In this document: in pieces, positions 20,013 through 29,238 of the stretch
How the letters are laid out: each line of letters begins with the position of its first letter
Position numbering within the stretch: the stretch's first letter is position 1
Source of the DNA: an uncultured Clostridia bacterium
GTDB lineage: Bacteria > Bacillota > Clostridia > TANB77 > RGIG9151
Direction: 5' to 3'
NCBI GenBank assembly: GCA_934500865.1
Contig: CAKSUD010000002.1
Location: 1-54,819, forward strand
DNA length: 54,819 nt
Notes under the pieces: generated by a model
The model's input: the letters and a program-made list of their open reading frames with translations, nothing else
What the model was told of the DNA's origin: nothing
Databases searched by the model: none
Translations under genes and position numbers: made by a program

Positions 20013-22538
20013 ATGAAGAGAATATTTGCATTGATTGTGGCAATTTTACTTTTACTATGCGGTTGCACACAGTCACAATCACCTTTGTCTGGAAATAGCG
20101 TCGAAAAGCCTAAAATCGACTGGAAGTCTGCCGAAACAGATATAAATATAGAAAACAATAATTTCAAGCTTTCTTTTTCGGTAACAAGCGGTGAACTTCA
20201 GATAACTAATAAGAGTACAGGTGCAGTGTTTTCGTCAAGGCAGGGAATATCTGCCGAAGAAGAATCAGCACTATCAGAGCTTGTGCTTACTTATTACGAT
20301 ACACAAAGCACAATTCATACTATGAATAGCTATACTAACTCAGTAAAGCTTGGTTCGTTTAAGGCTTTCAATACCGAAGATGCTATAAGAATAGAGTATG
20401 AATTTAATGAAAAAACTGCTGAGCTTTTAGTTCCTGCAGTTATGACAGTTGAAAGATATGAGGCAATCAGGAATGCCATTCCATCAAAAGATTTTCAAAA
20501 ACTTTCAATGTATTATGAGCTCATATATTCATCAGATAATACTTCTCGTGTTCAGGCCTTAAAAGAAAAATATCCGTATTTAAAGAAAAACGATTTATAT
20601 GTTGTTTTCGATAACCTTATGACAAACGAAAAGCAGAAAATTTCCAATATAATAAAATTGTCAGGTTACACGGCAGAAGAATATATGAAGGATATTGATG
20701 ATATGGGCATTAGCCGTGGCGAAATCAATATCCCCGTTTCCTTTAAGCTTCCTGTTGAGTTTTATTTAACGGATAATGGCTTGACAGTTGAGGCTTGCTG
20801 TAATGAAATAGAATATCCAAAAAGTCTTGCAACATTACAGTCGATTAAATTGTTTTCAGGCTTTGGTATCTGTGGTGAACGTGCAGAAAGCTTTATTTTA
20901 GCTGATGGTAACGGTAGTGTTTCCTTATTAGAAGAAAATGCTGATGAGTTTATTACAGTTCCTATTTATGGTGGCGACCTTACAGTTGCTTCTAAAAATG
21001 AAAGTAACCTTTCACAATCATATCGTCTACCTGTTTGTGGATATAACGCGAAGGGCGGCTCGTTTTTTGCAGTTGTTGATAGTGCGGCAGAGGCTGGGTA
21101 TGTAAATGCAGAGGTAAAGGGTACTACAAATAAATCTGATGCACTTTATTATTCCTTTGATATTGAAGCTATGGATAAGCTATCTATTAGACCCGGCTCT
21201 AATATATCTGATGTAAACTATTATTCGGGTAAGCAACTTACTGTTAATCCTGTCGTTAGCTACTACTTTACCGATGGTGTTTTAAATACAAAAGATCTTG
21301 CTTCAAAATATCGAGAGGTAGTAAACAATACATTAGATTTAAAGGATAAGAAGTCAAATGGCGACCTTATCTGGCTTGAATTTACAGGCTATGAAATGAT
21401 TAATACTACCGTAATGGGTGTTCCTACTCAGAAAAAGGTTGTTCTTTCAAAGCTTAGTGATATAGAAAAAGCTGTTAATGAACTTCATAATAATGGTGTA
21501 AAGGGACTTAATATCCGTCTTAAAGGCTTTGGAAACTATGGTGCTAATCACGCTGCAGCTAATACCTTCGAGCTTGATAAAGATGTAGGAACAGCTGACG
21601 AACTTAAAAGACTTGCAAAGACATTAAACGAAAACGGCGGAAAGCTTTATCTTGAAAACGATATTTCTTTTGCATATAAAGATTATTCGTTCGATGGTTT
21701 TTCTCCAAAAAATGATGCTGTATATTCGTTAAGTGGTTCACTGTGTTATAAATCGGATTTTGATTTGGTCGAGCTTGATTTTAAGAAGAAAGTAGATACT
21801 AAATATATAATTTCTTCACATAATTACCTCTCTTATATGAAAGGCTTTACCCAAAAGTATCTTAAAAAGATAAACGATAAGGATATAGGCGTTTCATGGA
21901 GTGCTGGCGGTAAATGGCTTTTCTCAAATTTTAATGATAAAAACGTATTAGACCGTACGGATGCTTTAAATAATACAGTTGCAACCTTAGAGTATTTAAG
22001 TAAAAACTATTCGTCTGTTATGACTGATGGCGGAAATTTATATGTTATTCCGTTTGCTGACTGTATAACTAATATACCGCTTTACAGTTCAGAATATTCG
22101 ATTAAGAGTTTCGAAGCACCGCTTTATCAGTATTTGCTTCATGGTATGGTTGATTATACTGGCGAATCTATTTCCACGTCGCTTTACAGTGATAAATTAA
22201 GGACAAGGTCAGTTTCTTTGGGTGCAGGTTTCTTATATTCTTGCGTAACCGAGGTAGATGCATACAGGGAACTTGATTCGTATAAAAGATCAGGCTTGTT
22301 TGCACCTGATATTACTACTCTTACAAATCAAATTATAGAAGACTATAAGCTTTATGGTAGCTTCTATAAACATAAGGCAACTTCGAAAATCACTTCAGTT
22401 TCGGAAATTTCGCAAGGTGTTATAAAAACTGAATATAGCAACGGGGATTTCAGTATTGTTAATGAAACTAATAAAACTGTTAATGTTTTAGATTTTGAAA
22501 TAGCAGCAAACAGTTCGTATTTATCGGAGGTGAAATAA
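20013..22538 (+). CDS. Large lipoprotein of unknown function (DUF5696-like by recollection)
   Basis: It has a lipobox LLLLCGC after an RBS GGGAGG and is 841 aa long. The family name rests on remembered co-occurrence with Yip1 proteins, not on a motif I can point to. Confidence 0.6.
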   Translation: MKRIFALIVAILLLLCGCTQSQSPLSGNSVEKPKIDWKSAETDINIENNNFKLSFSVTSGELQITNKSTGAVFSSRQGISAEEESALSELVLTYYDTQSTIHTMNSYTNSVKLGSFKAFNTEDAIRIEYEFNEKTAELLVPAVMTVERYEAIRNAIPSKDFQKLSMYYELIYSSDNTSRVQALKEKYPYLKKNDLYVVFDNLMTNEKQKISNIIKLSGYTAEEYMKDIDDMGISRGEINIPVSFKLPVEFYLTDNGLTVEACCNEIEYPKSLATLQSIKLFSGFGICGERAESFILADGNGSVSLLEENADEFITVPIYGGDLTVASKNESNLSQSYRLPVCGYNAKGGSFFAVVDSAAEAGYVNAEVKGTTNKSDALYYSFDIEAMDKLSIRPGSNISDVNYYSGKQLTVNPVVSYYFTDGVLNTKDLASKYREVVNNTLDLKDKKSNGDLIWLEFTGYEMINTTVMGVPTQKKVVLSKLSDIEKAVNELHNNGVKGLNIRLKGFGNYGANHAAANTFELDKDVGTADELKRLAKTLNENGGKLYLENDISFAYKDYSFDGFSPKNDAVYSLSGSLCYKSDFDLVELDFKKKVDTKYIISSHNYLSYMKGFTQKYLKKINDKDIGVSWSAGGKWLFSNFNDKNVLDRTDALNNTVATLEYLSKNYSSVMTDGGNLYVIPFADCITNIPLYSSEYSIKSFEAPLYQYLLHGMVDYTGESISTSLYSDKLRTRSVSLGAGFLYSCVTEVDAYRELDSYKRSGLFAPDITTLTNQIIEDYKLYGSFYKHKATSKITSVSEISQGVIKTEYSNGDFSIVNETNKTVNVLDFEIAANSSYLSEVK

Positions 22539-23447
22539 GTGAAATTTAATGTTTTAAAGTTAAAGCTATCCACCTTTGAATCAAAACAAAGAATATCGGG
22601 GTATCTGTTTTGTATACCGCTGATATTCGGTTTGATAGCATTCTTCATTCCAAATATAGTACGAACATTTATATTTTCAATAACTGATATGACCTTGACC
22701 GATAACGGTTTTGACCTTTCTTTTGCAGGTTTTAAACATTATTATACTGCACTTTTTTCTAACGAAAAATTTAACGGTTATGCCATTAAATCTCTTGGTA
22801 ATATGCTTCTTGATTTGCCGATAATACTCATTTTCAGTATATTTGTGGCAAGCGTTCTTAATAAAAGGTTTGTTGGTAGAACATTTGTAAGAAGCGTATT
22901 CTTCTTAACAATTATTTTGTCTACAGGTATTGTTACAACCGTTCAGTCGAGCTCGGAATGGGGACTTATGAACACAGGTGCTGCAGCTGACTTTTTAGAC
23001 CAGGGAGGGGCTAGTGCTTCAAAGATATTGGAGTCATTAAATCTCGGCGATGGTCTTATGAAGGTAATTACCTCGTCAGCAAATAAAATTTCTACAATTG
23101 TAACGGCTTCAGGAATGCAGATTTTACTTTTCCTTACAGCTTTTCAGGAAATTTCTCCTGAATATTATGAAGCCGCAGGAGTTGACGGTTGTTCGCAGTG
23201 GGAAATGTATTGGAAAATAACTATTCCGATTATGGCACCACAGATAGTTGTTAATGCAATTTACACTATTGCTGATTCTTTCATTCGTTCTGACAGTAAA
23301 TTATTTAATTATATTAATAGCTTAGCGTTTGGCGGCAATCAGTATGCACTTGCAATGGCAATGTATTTCATATATTTGTTAGCGCTGGCGATAGTGCTTG
23401 GAATTTTAACCGTGGCTTGTATTAAATTCCTTAAAGCAAGTAAATAA
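22539..23447 (+). CDS. Carbohydrate ABC transporter permease (second pair, MalF/LplB-like)
   Basis: The GTG start abuts the previous stop. It has TM segments and the EAA loop YEAAGVDGCSQWEMYWKITIP. Confidence 0.88.
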   Translation: MKFNVLKLKLSTFESKQRISGYLFCIPLIFGLIAFFIPNIVRTFIFSITDMTLTDNGFDLSFAGFKHYYTALFSNEKFNGYAIKSLGNMLLDLPIILIFSIFVASVLNKRFVGRTFVRSVFFLTIILSTGIVTTVQSSSEWGLMNTGAAADFLDQGGASASKILESLNLGDGLMKVITSSANKISTIVTASGMQILLFLTAFQEISPEYYEAAGVDGCSQWEMYWKITIPIMAPQIVVNAIYTIADSFIRSDSKLFNYINSLAFGGNQYALAMAMYFIYLLALAIVLGILTVACIKFLKASK

Positions 23448-23460
23448 GGAGGGAAATTGT

Positions 23461-24372
23461 ATGAAAATCAGAAATATAAGTTCAGTGACACTTAAAAAGT
23501 ACATATTAAAGACTTTGATTTCATTCTTTAGACTTCTTTTCTGCTTTGCAATGTGTTACATGATTTTAAAACCATTTGTTTCGCTCATACTTTCAGCTTT
23601 TATGTCACCCTCAGATTTGCTTGATATAAGGGTAGAAAAGGTGCCGCTTAAATGGAGCCTTTACTATTGGAAAGGTGCATGGGAAGGTCTTGGTTGGAGT
23701 ACAGCAGGTCTTAATTCCTTTATAACCGCAAGCGGTGTTTCAATACTACAAGTATTAACAAGTGTTTTGGTTGGTTATGGACTTAGCCGTTTTAAGTTTA
23801 AAGGCTCAAATCTTTTGCTTTTCGGTGTGGTTCTTACGATGATTATTCCTTTTCAGGTTTATAATATTTCACAATATTTAACTTTTAGGGATTTTCCCAT
23901 TTTTGGTAATCTTATAAACACACCTTGGTCGATGTTTATTTTGTCTGCTTCTTGTATGGGGCTTAAACACGGTGTTTATATTTATATTGTAAAGACCTTT
24001 TTTGACGGACTTCCTAAAGAAATTGAGGAGGCAGCATATATTGACGGTGCAGGTATTTTTAAAACTTTTACAAGCGTAATGCTGCCTAATGTACGAAATG
24101 TTATTGCAACAATTTTTTTGCTTTCTTTCTCTTGGCAGTGGACAGATACTGAATTTACAGGGCACTTAAATAATGTTGTTAATACATTACCTACACGAGT
24201 AACATCCTCATATATGCAGATGGCTACTGTTAAGTCCGCGCAGGATATATTAGGTACAACTATTGCGCAGGGTGCGGCAGTAATACTTATAATTTTGCCG
24301 CTTGTCGTTCTGTATATATTTTGCCAACGATCATTTATGCAAAGTATGTCACGTTCGGGATTGGCAAACTAA
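23461..24372 (+). CDS. Carbohydrate ABC transporter permease (second pair, MalG/LplC-like)
   Basis: RBS AAGGAGGG precedes the start. It has the EAA loop EEAAYIDGAGIFKTFTSVMLPN. Confidence 0.88.
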   Translation: MKIRNISSVTLKKYILKTLISFFRLLFCFAMCYMILKPFVSLILSAFMSPSDLLDIRVEKVPLKWSLYYWKGAWEGLGWSTAGLNSFITASGVSILQVLTSVLVGYGLSRFKFKGSNLLLFGVVLTMIIPFQVYNISQYLTFRDFPIFGNLINTPWSMFILSASCMGLKHGVYIYIVKTFFDGLPKEIEEAAYIDGAGIFKTFTSVMLPNVRNVIATIFLLSFSWQWTDTEFTGHLNNVVNTLPTRVTSSYMQMATVKSAQDILGTTIAQGAAVILIILPLVVLYIFCQRSFMQSMSRSGLAN

Positions 24373-24480
24373 CATATATGTATAATTACAAATATGGGGG
24401 TGGTCAATGCTCTTTTATTGATTTTGCCTTAAAAAAGATTTTTGAGGCACACAAAAAATTTAAGGAGATGTGGAATTATT

Positions 24481-25590
24481 ATGAAAAAGATTTTTAAGAC
24501 AACACTTGCAGCAATAGTTGCAGTAACTATGATTACATTAATTGCCGTTCCTGCCTTCGCTGCAACTCCTGCACCAAATTTTTCATCGGGTGAATATGTT
24601 GATTTAGTGCCTTTTATGGAAGAAGAAAAATATGGTAAGCAACAGGATGAAGAAGACGGTGTTCGTATGAATCTTACCAAAAAGAATAGTGGATATACTG
24701 CAAAGTTTAACAGTCAGGCAGTAAACTATGGTGTAAGGTTTAATACAGACATTTATAATCAAGACAGTGCTATGTTTGTACAGTGCGTACTTGATTCTGA
24801 GCAGGATTTATGGGATTCGGATAATGCAAGAATTTACGGCGGCCCCGTAATTCAGTTGGGTTATGGTAAAATAACACATCAGAATACTGATTGGAGTGGA
24901 TATTTTAGCCTTTTATTCACAGAACAAGACGGTATAGATTTAAGATTTTCTGATAAAATCGGTAACGACCTTGTTTATCTCGGCGCAATTACAAGCGGCT
25001 TAAAGGTCAATTATCCGGATACTAATTCTAAGAACCGCGGAAAAAAAGATTATTTAGTTCAAATTAAATTTTCAAAAAAAGATATAACAGTTTGGGTAAA
25101 TGGTATAGCTGTTATTGACGGTGTTAAGCTCAATAATTTGTATAACTCTACGGGTGCAAAAATACCTTGTACCGTTGAACGTCTTGAAGCGGGTATACAT
25201 GCAAATGCAACAAGAACAACAGTACACGATTTCCGTCTTTATTGCTTAAAGGCGGATGCTAAAGGTGCTGCACTTAACACACCGACAAATCAGGGTAGCA
25301 ATACAGGCACATCCTCCAATACAGTATCAAATAATAGCAATACCTCTGATACCAATTCAAATACTATGTCGGATACAACTTCTACAGATAATACAATTGA
25401 CAACACCAATAATACAACTGATAATGTTGATAATTTGGAAGTGAACACCGACAAGGACTATATTTTAGTTCGCGGTGACGAGGTTGAATTCTTCAATTGG
25501 CTAACACCGGTTATCATAGCTGCTATCGTTGTTTTTGCATTAGGTGCAGTTTGCATAGGAATAATTTTTATAGTTTCTAACAAAAAATAA
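24481..25590 (+). CDS. Cell-surface protein: signal peptide, one B-type beta-sandwich module, Ser/Thr/Asn-rich linker and C-terminal TM anchor
   Basis: The signal peptide is MKKIFKTTLAAIVAVTMITLIAVPAFA. The module contains ...YGGPVIQLG...FTEQDGIDLRFS...YLGAITSGLKVNYPDTNS...VWVNG. The linker is about 60 aa and N/T/S-rich. The anchor is VIIAAIVVFALGAVCIGIIFIVSNKK. Confidence 0.8.
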   Translation: MKKIFKTTLAAIVAVTMITLIAVPAFAATPAPNFSSGEYVDLVPFMEEEKYGKQQDEEDGVRMNLTKKNSGYTAKFNSQAVNYGVRFNTDIYNQDSAMFVQCVLDSEQDLWDSDNARIYGGPVIQLGYGKITHQNTDWSGYFSLLFTEQDGIDLRFSDKIGNDLVYLGAITSGLKVNYPDTNSKNRGKKDYLVQIKFSKKDITVWVNGIAVIDGVKLNNLYNSTGAKIPCTVERLEAGIHANATRTTVHDFRLYCLKADAKGAALNTPTNQGSNTGTSSNTVSNNSNTSDTNSNTMSDTTSTDNTIDNTNNTTDNVDNLEVNTDKDYILVRGDEVEFFNWLTPVIIAAIVVFALGAVCIGIIFIVSNKK

Positions 25591-25600
25591 GGAGGCAAAT

Positions 25601-28600
25601 ATGAGAAAGAAGCTACTTAAAGACATGTTTTGTGTTGTTTTAAGCATAGCCTTAGTGCTTACAAGTACTCAACTTTGGAATTTGGTTTTGGTTGCTTCAA
25701 ATGCTATTCCTAGTTTTGACGACGAAAAGCATAGCAAAGTTTTAGATGTGAGTTCAGTACTTTTCACGGAAAATAAGGTTACCTATCCGCTTGCCGATAT
25801 AAAAGATAAATCTAAGGCTACATTTTCTGAAACAACAATTGTCAGAAATGATAATAACATTTTAAATACAACACCTGTTATAATTTTGGCAGAAACTGAT
25901 TCTAATTTAACAGACGCAACAAGAGGGAATTTTAAAAACTCATATATTGTTATGTGGGCTGCAGTATCAGGTGGATATGCAATAGGTCTTCTCAATTCCG
26001 ATACTAACGGGCCTGCAGTTTTTCCTAACAGCTTTTTAAAGTTTGCAAACCAGCAAAGTCTTACAGGGTTCCCCGGATATTCGGGACAGTATCCAAACGG
26101 TGGTTATGCTATTCCGAATAATCTTAAGGTAACCGCAAAGGTTGAAGGCGGAAAACTTTCTGTTTGGGTTACTTCCGACGGAAACACAAAGGAAGTTTTA
26201 AGAGAATATAGTAGCAGTGACTATAATATTACAGGTAGTGCTGCAGGCTTCCTAATGTCGCAAAAAATCAGTAATAACTATAACTATTCTGCATTGGTTT
26301 GGACCGAAAAGAACAATGTAAACAACGGTATTGCAGATAAGCCGCAGTTTGATAGTGATACTCAGGTCATTGCTCAGGAAATCAAAAAATCCACTTTTAC
26401 AGAAACAAAAACTGTATATCCTTTGACTAATATTATTGATAAAAGCAAGATAACCTTTACAGAACAGGTTATACAGCGTGATGATAACAATGTATTAAAC
26501 ACAACACCAATTGTGCTTTTAGCAGAAACCGATTCAGATATAACTCACGATACAAGGGGTAACTTTAAAAATTCCCATATTGTTTTGTGGGCGGCAGCGA
26601 CGGGTGGCTATTCAGTAGCCCTTCTAAATTCTGACTGTACAGGTCCTGCTGTTTGGATAGATAGCTTTAATGAATTTGCAGGACAGCCTAGTGTTACAGG
26701 CTTTGAGGGCTGGGGTGGTGTCTACCCGAACGGTGGACAGATTCTACCCAACACTCTTACAGTAACAACAAAGTTTGAAAACGGTAAAATTTCTGTTTGG
26801 CTTACAGACGGTGATAATACTATTCAGATTTTAGCTAATTATAAAAGTGATAAATTTAATATCACAGGGGCGGCTATTGGTCAGCTCACTTCTCAGAAAA
26901 TTAGCAATAATTATAGCTACACAGCAAAAGCATGGACTGCTAAGGACAATTATTCAGAGGGATTACCAATATTTGATAAGAATATTCATACGGATATTCT
27001 TGATATGACAGGTATTGCTTCTGCAGATTGGGTTGGCTTTGAGTATAATGAAACCACAGGCGGTAAAATGTGGACTGATTTAATAAGCGGCGGTAATTCA
27101 TCGCTCAGAACAATCGACAGTACTCTTACATATAAGGCGGATAATATTTACGGAAGCGGCTCAATAAAATATAAGACTTCAGGTTATTTGCCTAATCAGG
27201 CTTATCACTATGCTTATATTGCAATAGCAAAAATATCTGAGGGCAGTAAGGTGGGTTATTTAGCTCTTAAATTTGCTGCAGGCGGACAGAGCGTTAAGCT
27301 TTCATTTATAACTCCGGCGGGTGAATCTACCGCTGAACATGCTGTATTAAGCACTTTTGGTAGTGTTAATACAAGTATCGGTACTACACATAGCTTTGCT
27401 TATAGAATTAATACCGAGAATCATTTATTAAGTATTTGGCTTAACGGTATTGCTGTTTTGACTGATTTTGTTATTGATTCAAAATATACAGTAGAGGACC
27501 TTGCGGTCGGCTCAGGTAGATTCTATGCAAGCTTTCAATTAGATAATTACAGAGTTTGGAGATCTGACCCTGTTCCTGAAATTATTATACCCGTTCCTGA
27601 ATTTAACCCTGAGACTGATGTTAATTTAGCACCCTATGCACAGGCTGCTGCATCTAATGTTTCTGGTGTATTAAAGGACGAAATGTTTATACTTTCTCAA
27701 ACTCAAAATATAATAGGAAGTGCCTTTTTCCGTAAGGTTAATTTAGAGGGCGATGGTACAATGTACTACCATGCCGTTATAAACAATGATATTAAAAACC
27801 ATTCAAGTGACGGTGTGTATGACGGTCCCTCTATTGCACTAGGTTCTGTAACCTATGATGAAAACGGCAAATCAGGTTATTTAGTATTAAGATTTACAGC
27901 ACAAGACGGTATTGACTTTAGAATTACTGCCAGAAACGGTACAGACGCCGTTTATTTAGGCGCTATTACAAGTATGAAGTTTAAATATCCTGATACGGAT
28001 AGCGCTGTAAGAAATGATGACACAAATTATGTGCTTGACGTTAAGATGAGCAGAAAATCAATTTCTGTTTGGGTTAACGAAAAGTGTATAGTAAATGATG
28101 TTAAATTTAATTCTTTTGGTGCAGATACCACCAAAAAGGTTACGGTAAATGACTTTATGCCGGGACTTATCTGTGTAAACTACACAGGTACAGTAAGTGA
28201 TTTCTGGTTCTGGTGCTCAAAAGAAGATGCACCCGAATTAAACAGCAGTGCTGCTGCAGAAAAACCTGTATTTAATAAGGAAACACAAACTAACGTTACA
28301 TCAAAAATGCTCGCAGTTATAGCAGGTAAAGATGGTGAATTTAAACTTGAAAAGAACGGTACACTTTCCATTAAGAGTAACAATGTAGGTGAAGGTGAAG
28401 GTACTGACAACGGTGCATATTTCAGTGCAGGTATTAAGAGAATTGGCACAATGTATATGCGTACTGTTATAAAGCCTGAACGTACCCTTGATGAAACTAT
28501 TGCTACAACAGCAATATATGGAGGTCCTGCAATAAGACTTGCCAATGCTACAGCTTCTGTAGATGATAGTGGTGACCAGCACGGATTCCTTGACATTCTT

Positions 28601-28990
28601 TTTACTGAAAGAGACGGTATAGATGTTCGTATACGTGACCAATTTGGTTCTGACGTAAAGTATATGGGTGCTATTAGTATAGGTCTTAAGGTTGCTTATC
28701 CTGATACCAATACCTTCATACGCGGCACAGGCGAATATGAAGTTGTTGCAAAACTTTCTATGACAAGACTTTCATTGTGGGTGAACGGTGTTTGCGTTAT
28801 CAACGATTATAAACTTCACAATATACTTAACTTTGATAACAACGATTACCGTATTGATATTCTTGATTTTGCACCAGGTATATTATTTAACGGTGAAACA
28901 GGTACTGTCGAAGAAACGAGTGTTTGGTGTGCAAAGGAAGACGTTAAGCCTACACGTGATACTGAGTACAGTTACCCGACTGCTTCTTAA
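25601..28990 (+). CDS. Secreted 1129-aa multi-module protein (A-A-C-B-B module order), with no recognisable catalytic domain
   Basis: It has a signal peptide and two 180-aa A modules. A LamG-like middle module follows, then two B modules homologous to the one in the preceding gene (YDGPSIALG...FTAQDGIDFRIT...YPDTDS...VWVNE and YGGPAIRLA...FTERDGIDVRIR...YPDTNT...LWVNG). Confidence 0.8.
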   Translation: MRKKLLKDMFCVVLSIALVLTSTQLWNLVLVASNAIPSFDDEKHSKVLDVSSVLFTENKVTYPLADIKDKSKATFSETTIVRNDNNILNTTPVIILAETDSNLTDATRGNFKNSYIVMWAAVSGGYAIGLLNSDTNGPAVFPNSFLKFANQQSLTGFPGYSGQYPNGGYAIPNNLKVTAKVEGGKLSVWVTSDGNTKEVLREYSSSDYNITGSAAGFLMSQKISNNYNYSALVWTEKNNVNNGIADKPQFDSDTQVIAQEIKKSTFTETKTVYPLTNIIDKSKITFTEQVIQRDDNNVLNTTPIVLLAETDSDITHDTRGNFKNSHIVLWAAATGGYSVALLNSDCTGPAVWIDSFNEFAGQPSVTGFEGWGGVYPNGGQILPNTLTVTTKFENGKISVWLTDGDNTIQILANYKSDKFNITGAAIGQLTSQKISNNYSYTAKAWTAKDNYSEGLPIFDKNIHTDILDMTGIASADWVGFEYNETTGGKMWTDLISGGNSSLRTIDSTLTYKADNIYGSGSIKYKTSGYLPNQAYHYAYIAIAKISEGSKVGYLALKFAAGGQSVKLSFITPAGESTAEHAVLSTFGSVNTSIGTTHSFAYRINTENHLLSIWLNGIAVLTDFVIDSKYTVEDLAVGSGRFYASFQLDNYRVWRSDPVPEIIIPVPEFNPETDVNLAPYAQAAASNVSGVLKDEMFILSQTQNIIGSAFFRKVNLEGDGTMYYHAVINNDIKNHSSDGVYDGPSIALGSVTYDENGKSGYLVLRFTAQDGIDFRITARNGTDAVYLGAITSMKFKYPDTDSAVRNDDTNYVLDVKMSRKSISVWVNEKCIVNDVKFNSFGADTTKKVTVNDFMPGLICVNYTGTVSDFWFWCSKEDAPELNSSAAAEKPVFNKETQTNVTSKMLAVIAGKDGEFKLEKNGTLSIKSNNVGEGEGTDNGAYFSAGIKRIGTMYMRTVIKPERTLDETIATTAIYGGPAIRLANATASVDDSGDQHGFLDILFTERDGIDVRIRDQFGSDVKYMGAISIGLKVAYPDTNTFIRGTGEYEVVAKLSMTRLSLWVNGVCVINDYKLHNILNFDNNDYRIDILDFAPGILFNGETGTVEETSVWCAKEDVKPTRDTEYSYPTAS
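25763..26302 (+). repeat. A-module copy 1 (coding repeat, 180 aa)
   Basis: It runs FTENKVTYPL...RNDNNILNTTPVIILAETDS...GNFKNSYIVMWAA...KLSVWV...SQKISNNYNYSALVW. Confidence 0.85.
26396..26935 (+). repeat. A-module copy 2 (coding repeat, 180 aa)
   Basis: It runs FTETKTVYPL...RDDNNVLNTTPIVLLAETDS...GNFKNSHIVLWAA...KISVWL...SQKISNNYSYTAKAW. Confidence 0.85.
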
Positions 28991-29010
28991 ATGAAAAGGA
29001 GATAATATTT

Positions 29011-29229
29011 ATGAAGACAATATTTTTAAATAGAATGTTTATGAATATTCCTGCTGCAGTGCGTGATGGTGATATTTATTATGTGTCGGCCGAGGAAGCA
29101 GATAAGCTTAAAAATCTGCTTACAGTATTTTCGTTTTTGGCAATAGTTGGCGCTGTTTTGGTTGCAACAATAGTTGTATTATATGTTGTAAAATCACACA
29201 TAGCGAAGAATAAAAGAAAAAGGCGGTGA
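29011..29229 (+). CDS. Small (72 aa) membrane protein with a C-terminal TM helix and basic tail, function unknown
   Basis: A strong RBS AAAGGAGA lies 8 nt upstream. The TM helix is FSFLAIVGAVLVATIVVLYVV and the tail is KNKRKRR. Confidence 0.6.
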   Translation: MKTIFLNRMFMNIPAAVRDGDIYYVSAEEADKLKNLLTVFSFLAIVGAVLVATIVVLYVVKSHIAKNKRKRR

Positions 29230-29238
29230 GGATACAAG

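Noticed and set aside
25265-25440. Repetitive AAT/ACA/ACC-rich DNA, considered as a tandem repeat or array.
   Set aside because: It has no fixed period or spacer structure. It simply encodes the Asn/Thr/Ser-rich linker between the B module and the TM anchor.
28180-28642. Antisense ORFs of 113-138 aa inside the 25601-28990 gene. Similar minus-strand ORFs occur at 10501-11007, 33111-33557, 35164-35631, 8286-8657 and 54154-54699.
   Set aside because: All lie fully inside longer plus-strand genes with clear family motifs. They have odd low-complexity or Cys/Phe/Ile-rich composition and no RBS, as expected for chance antisense frames in biased-composition DNA.
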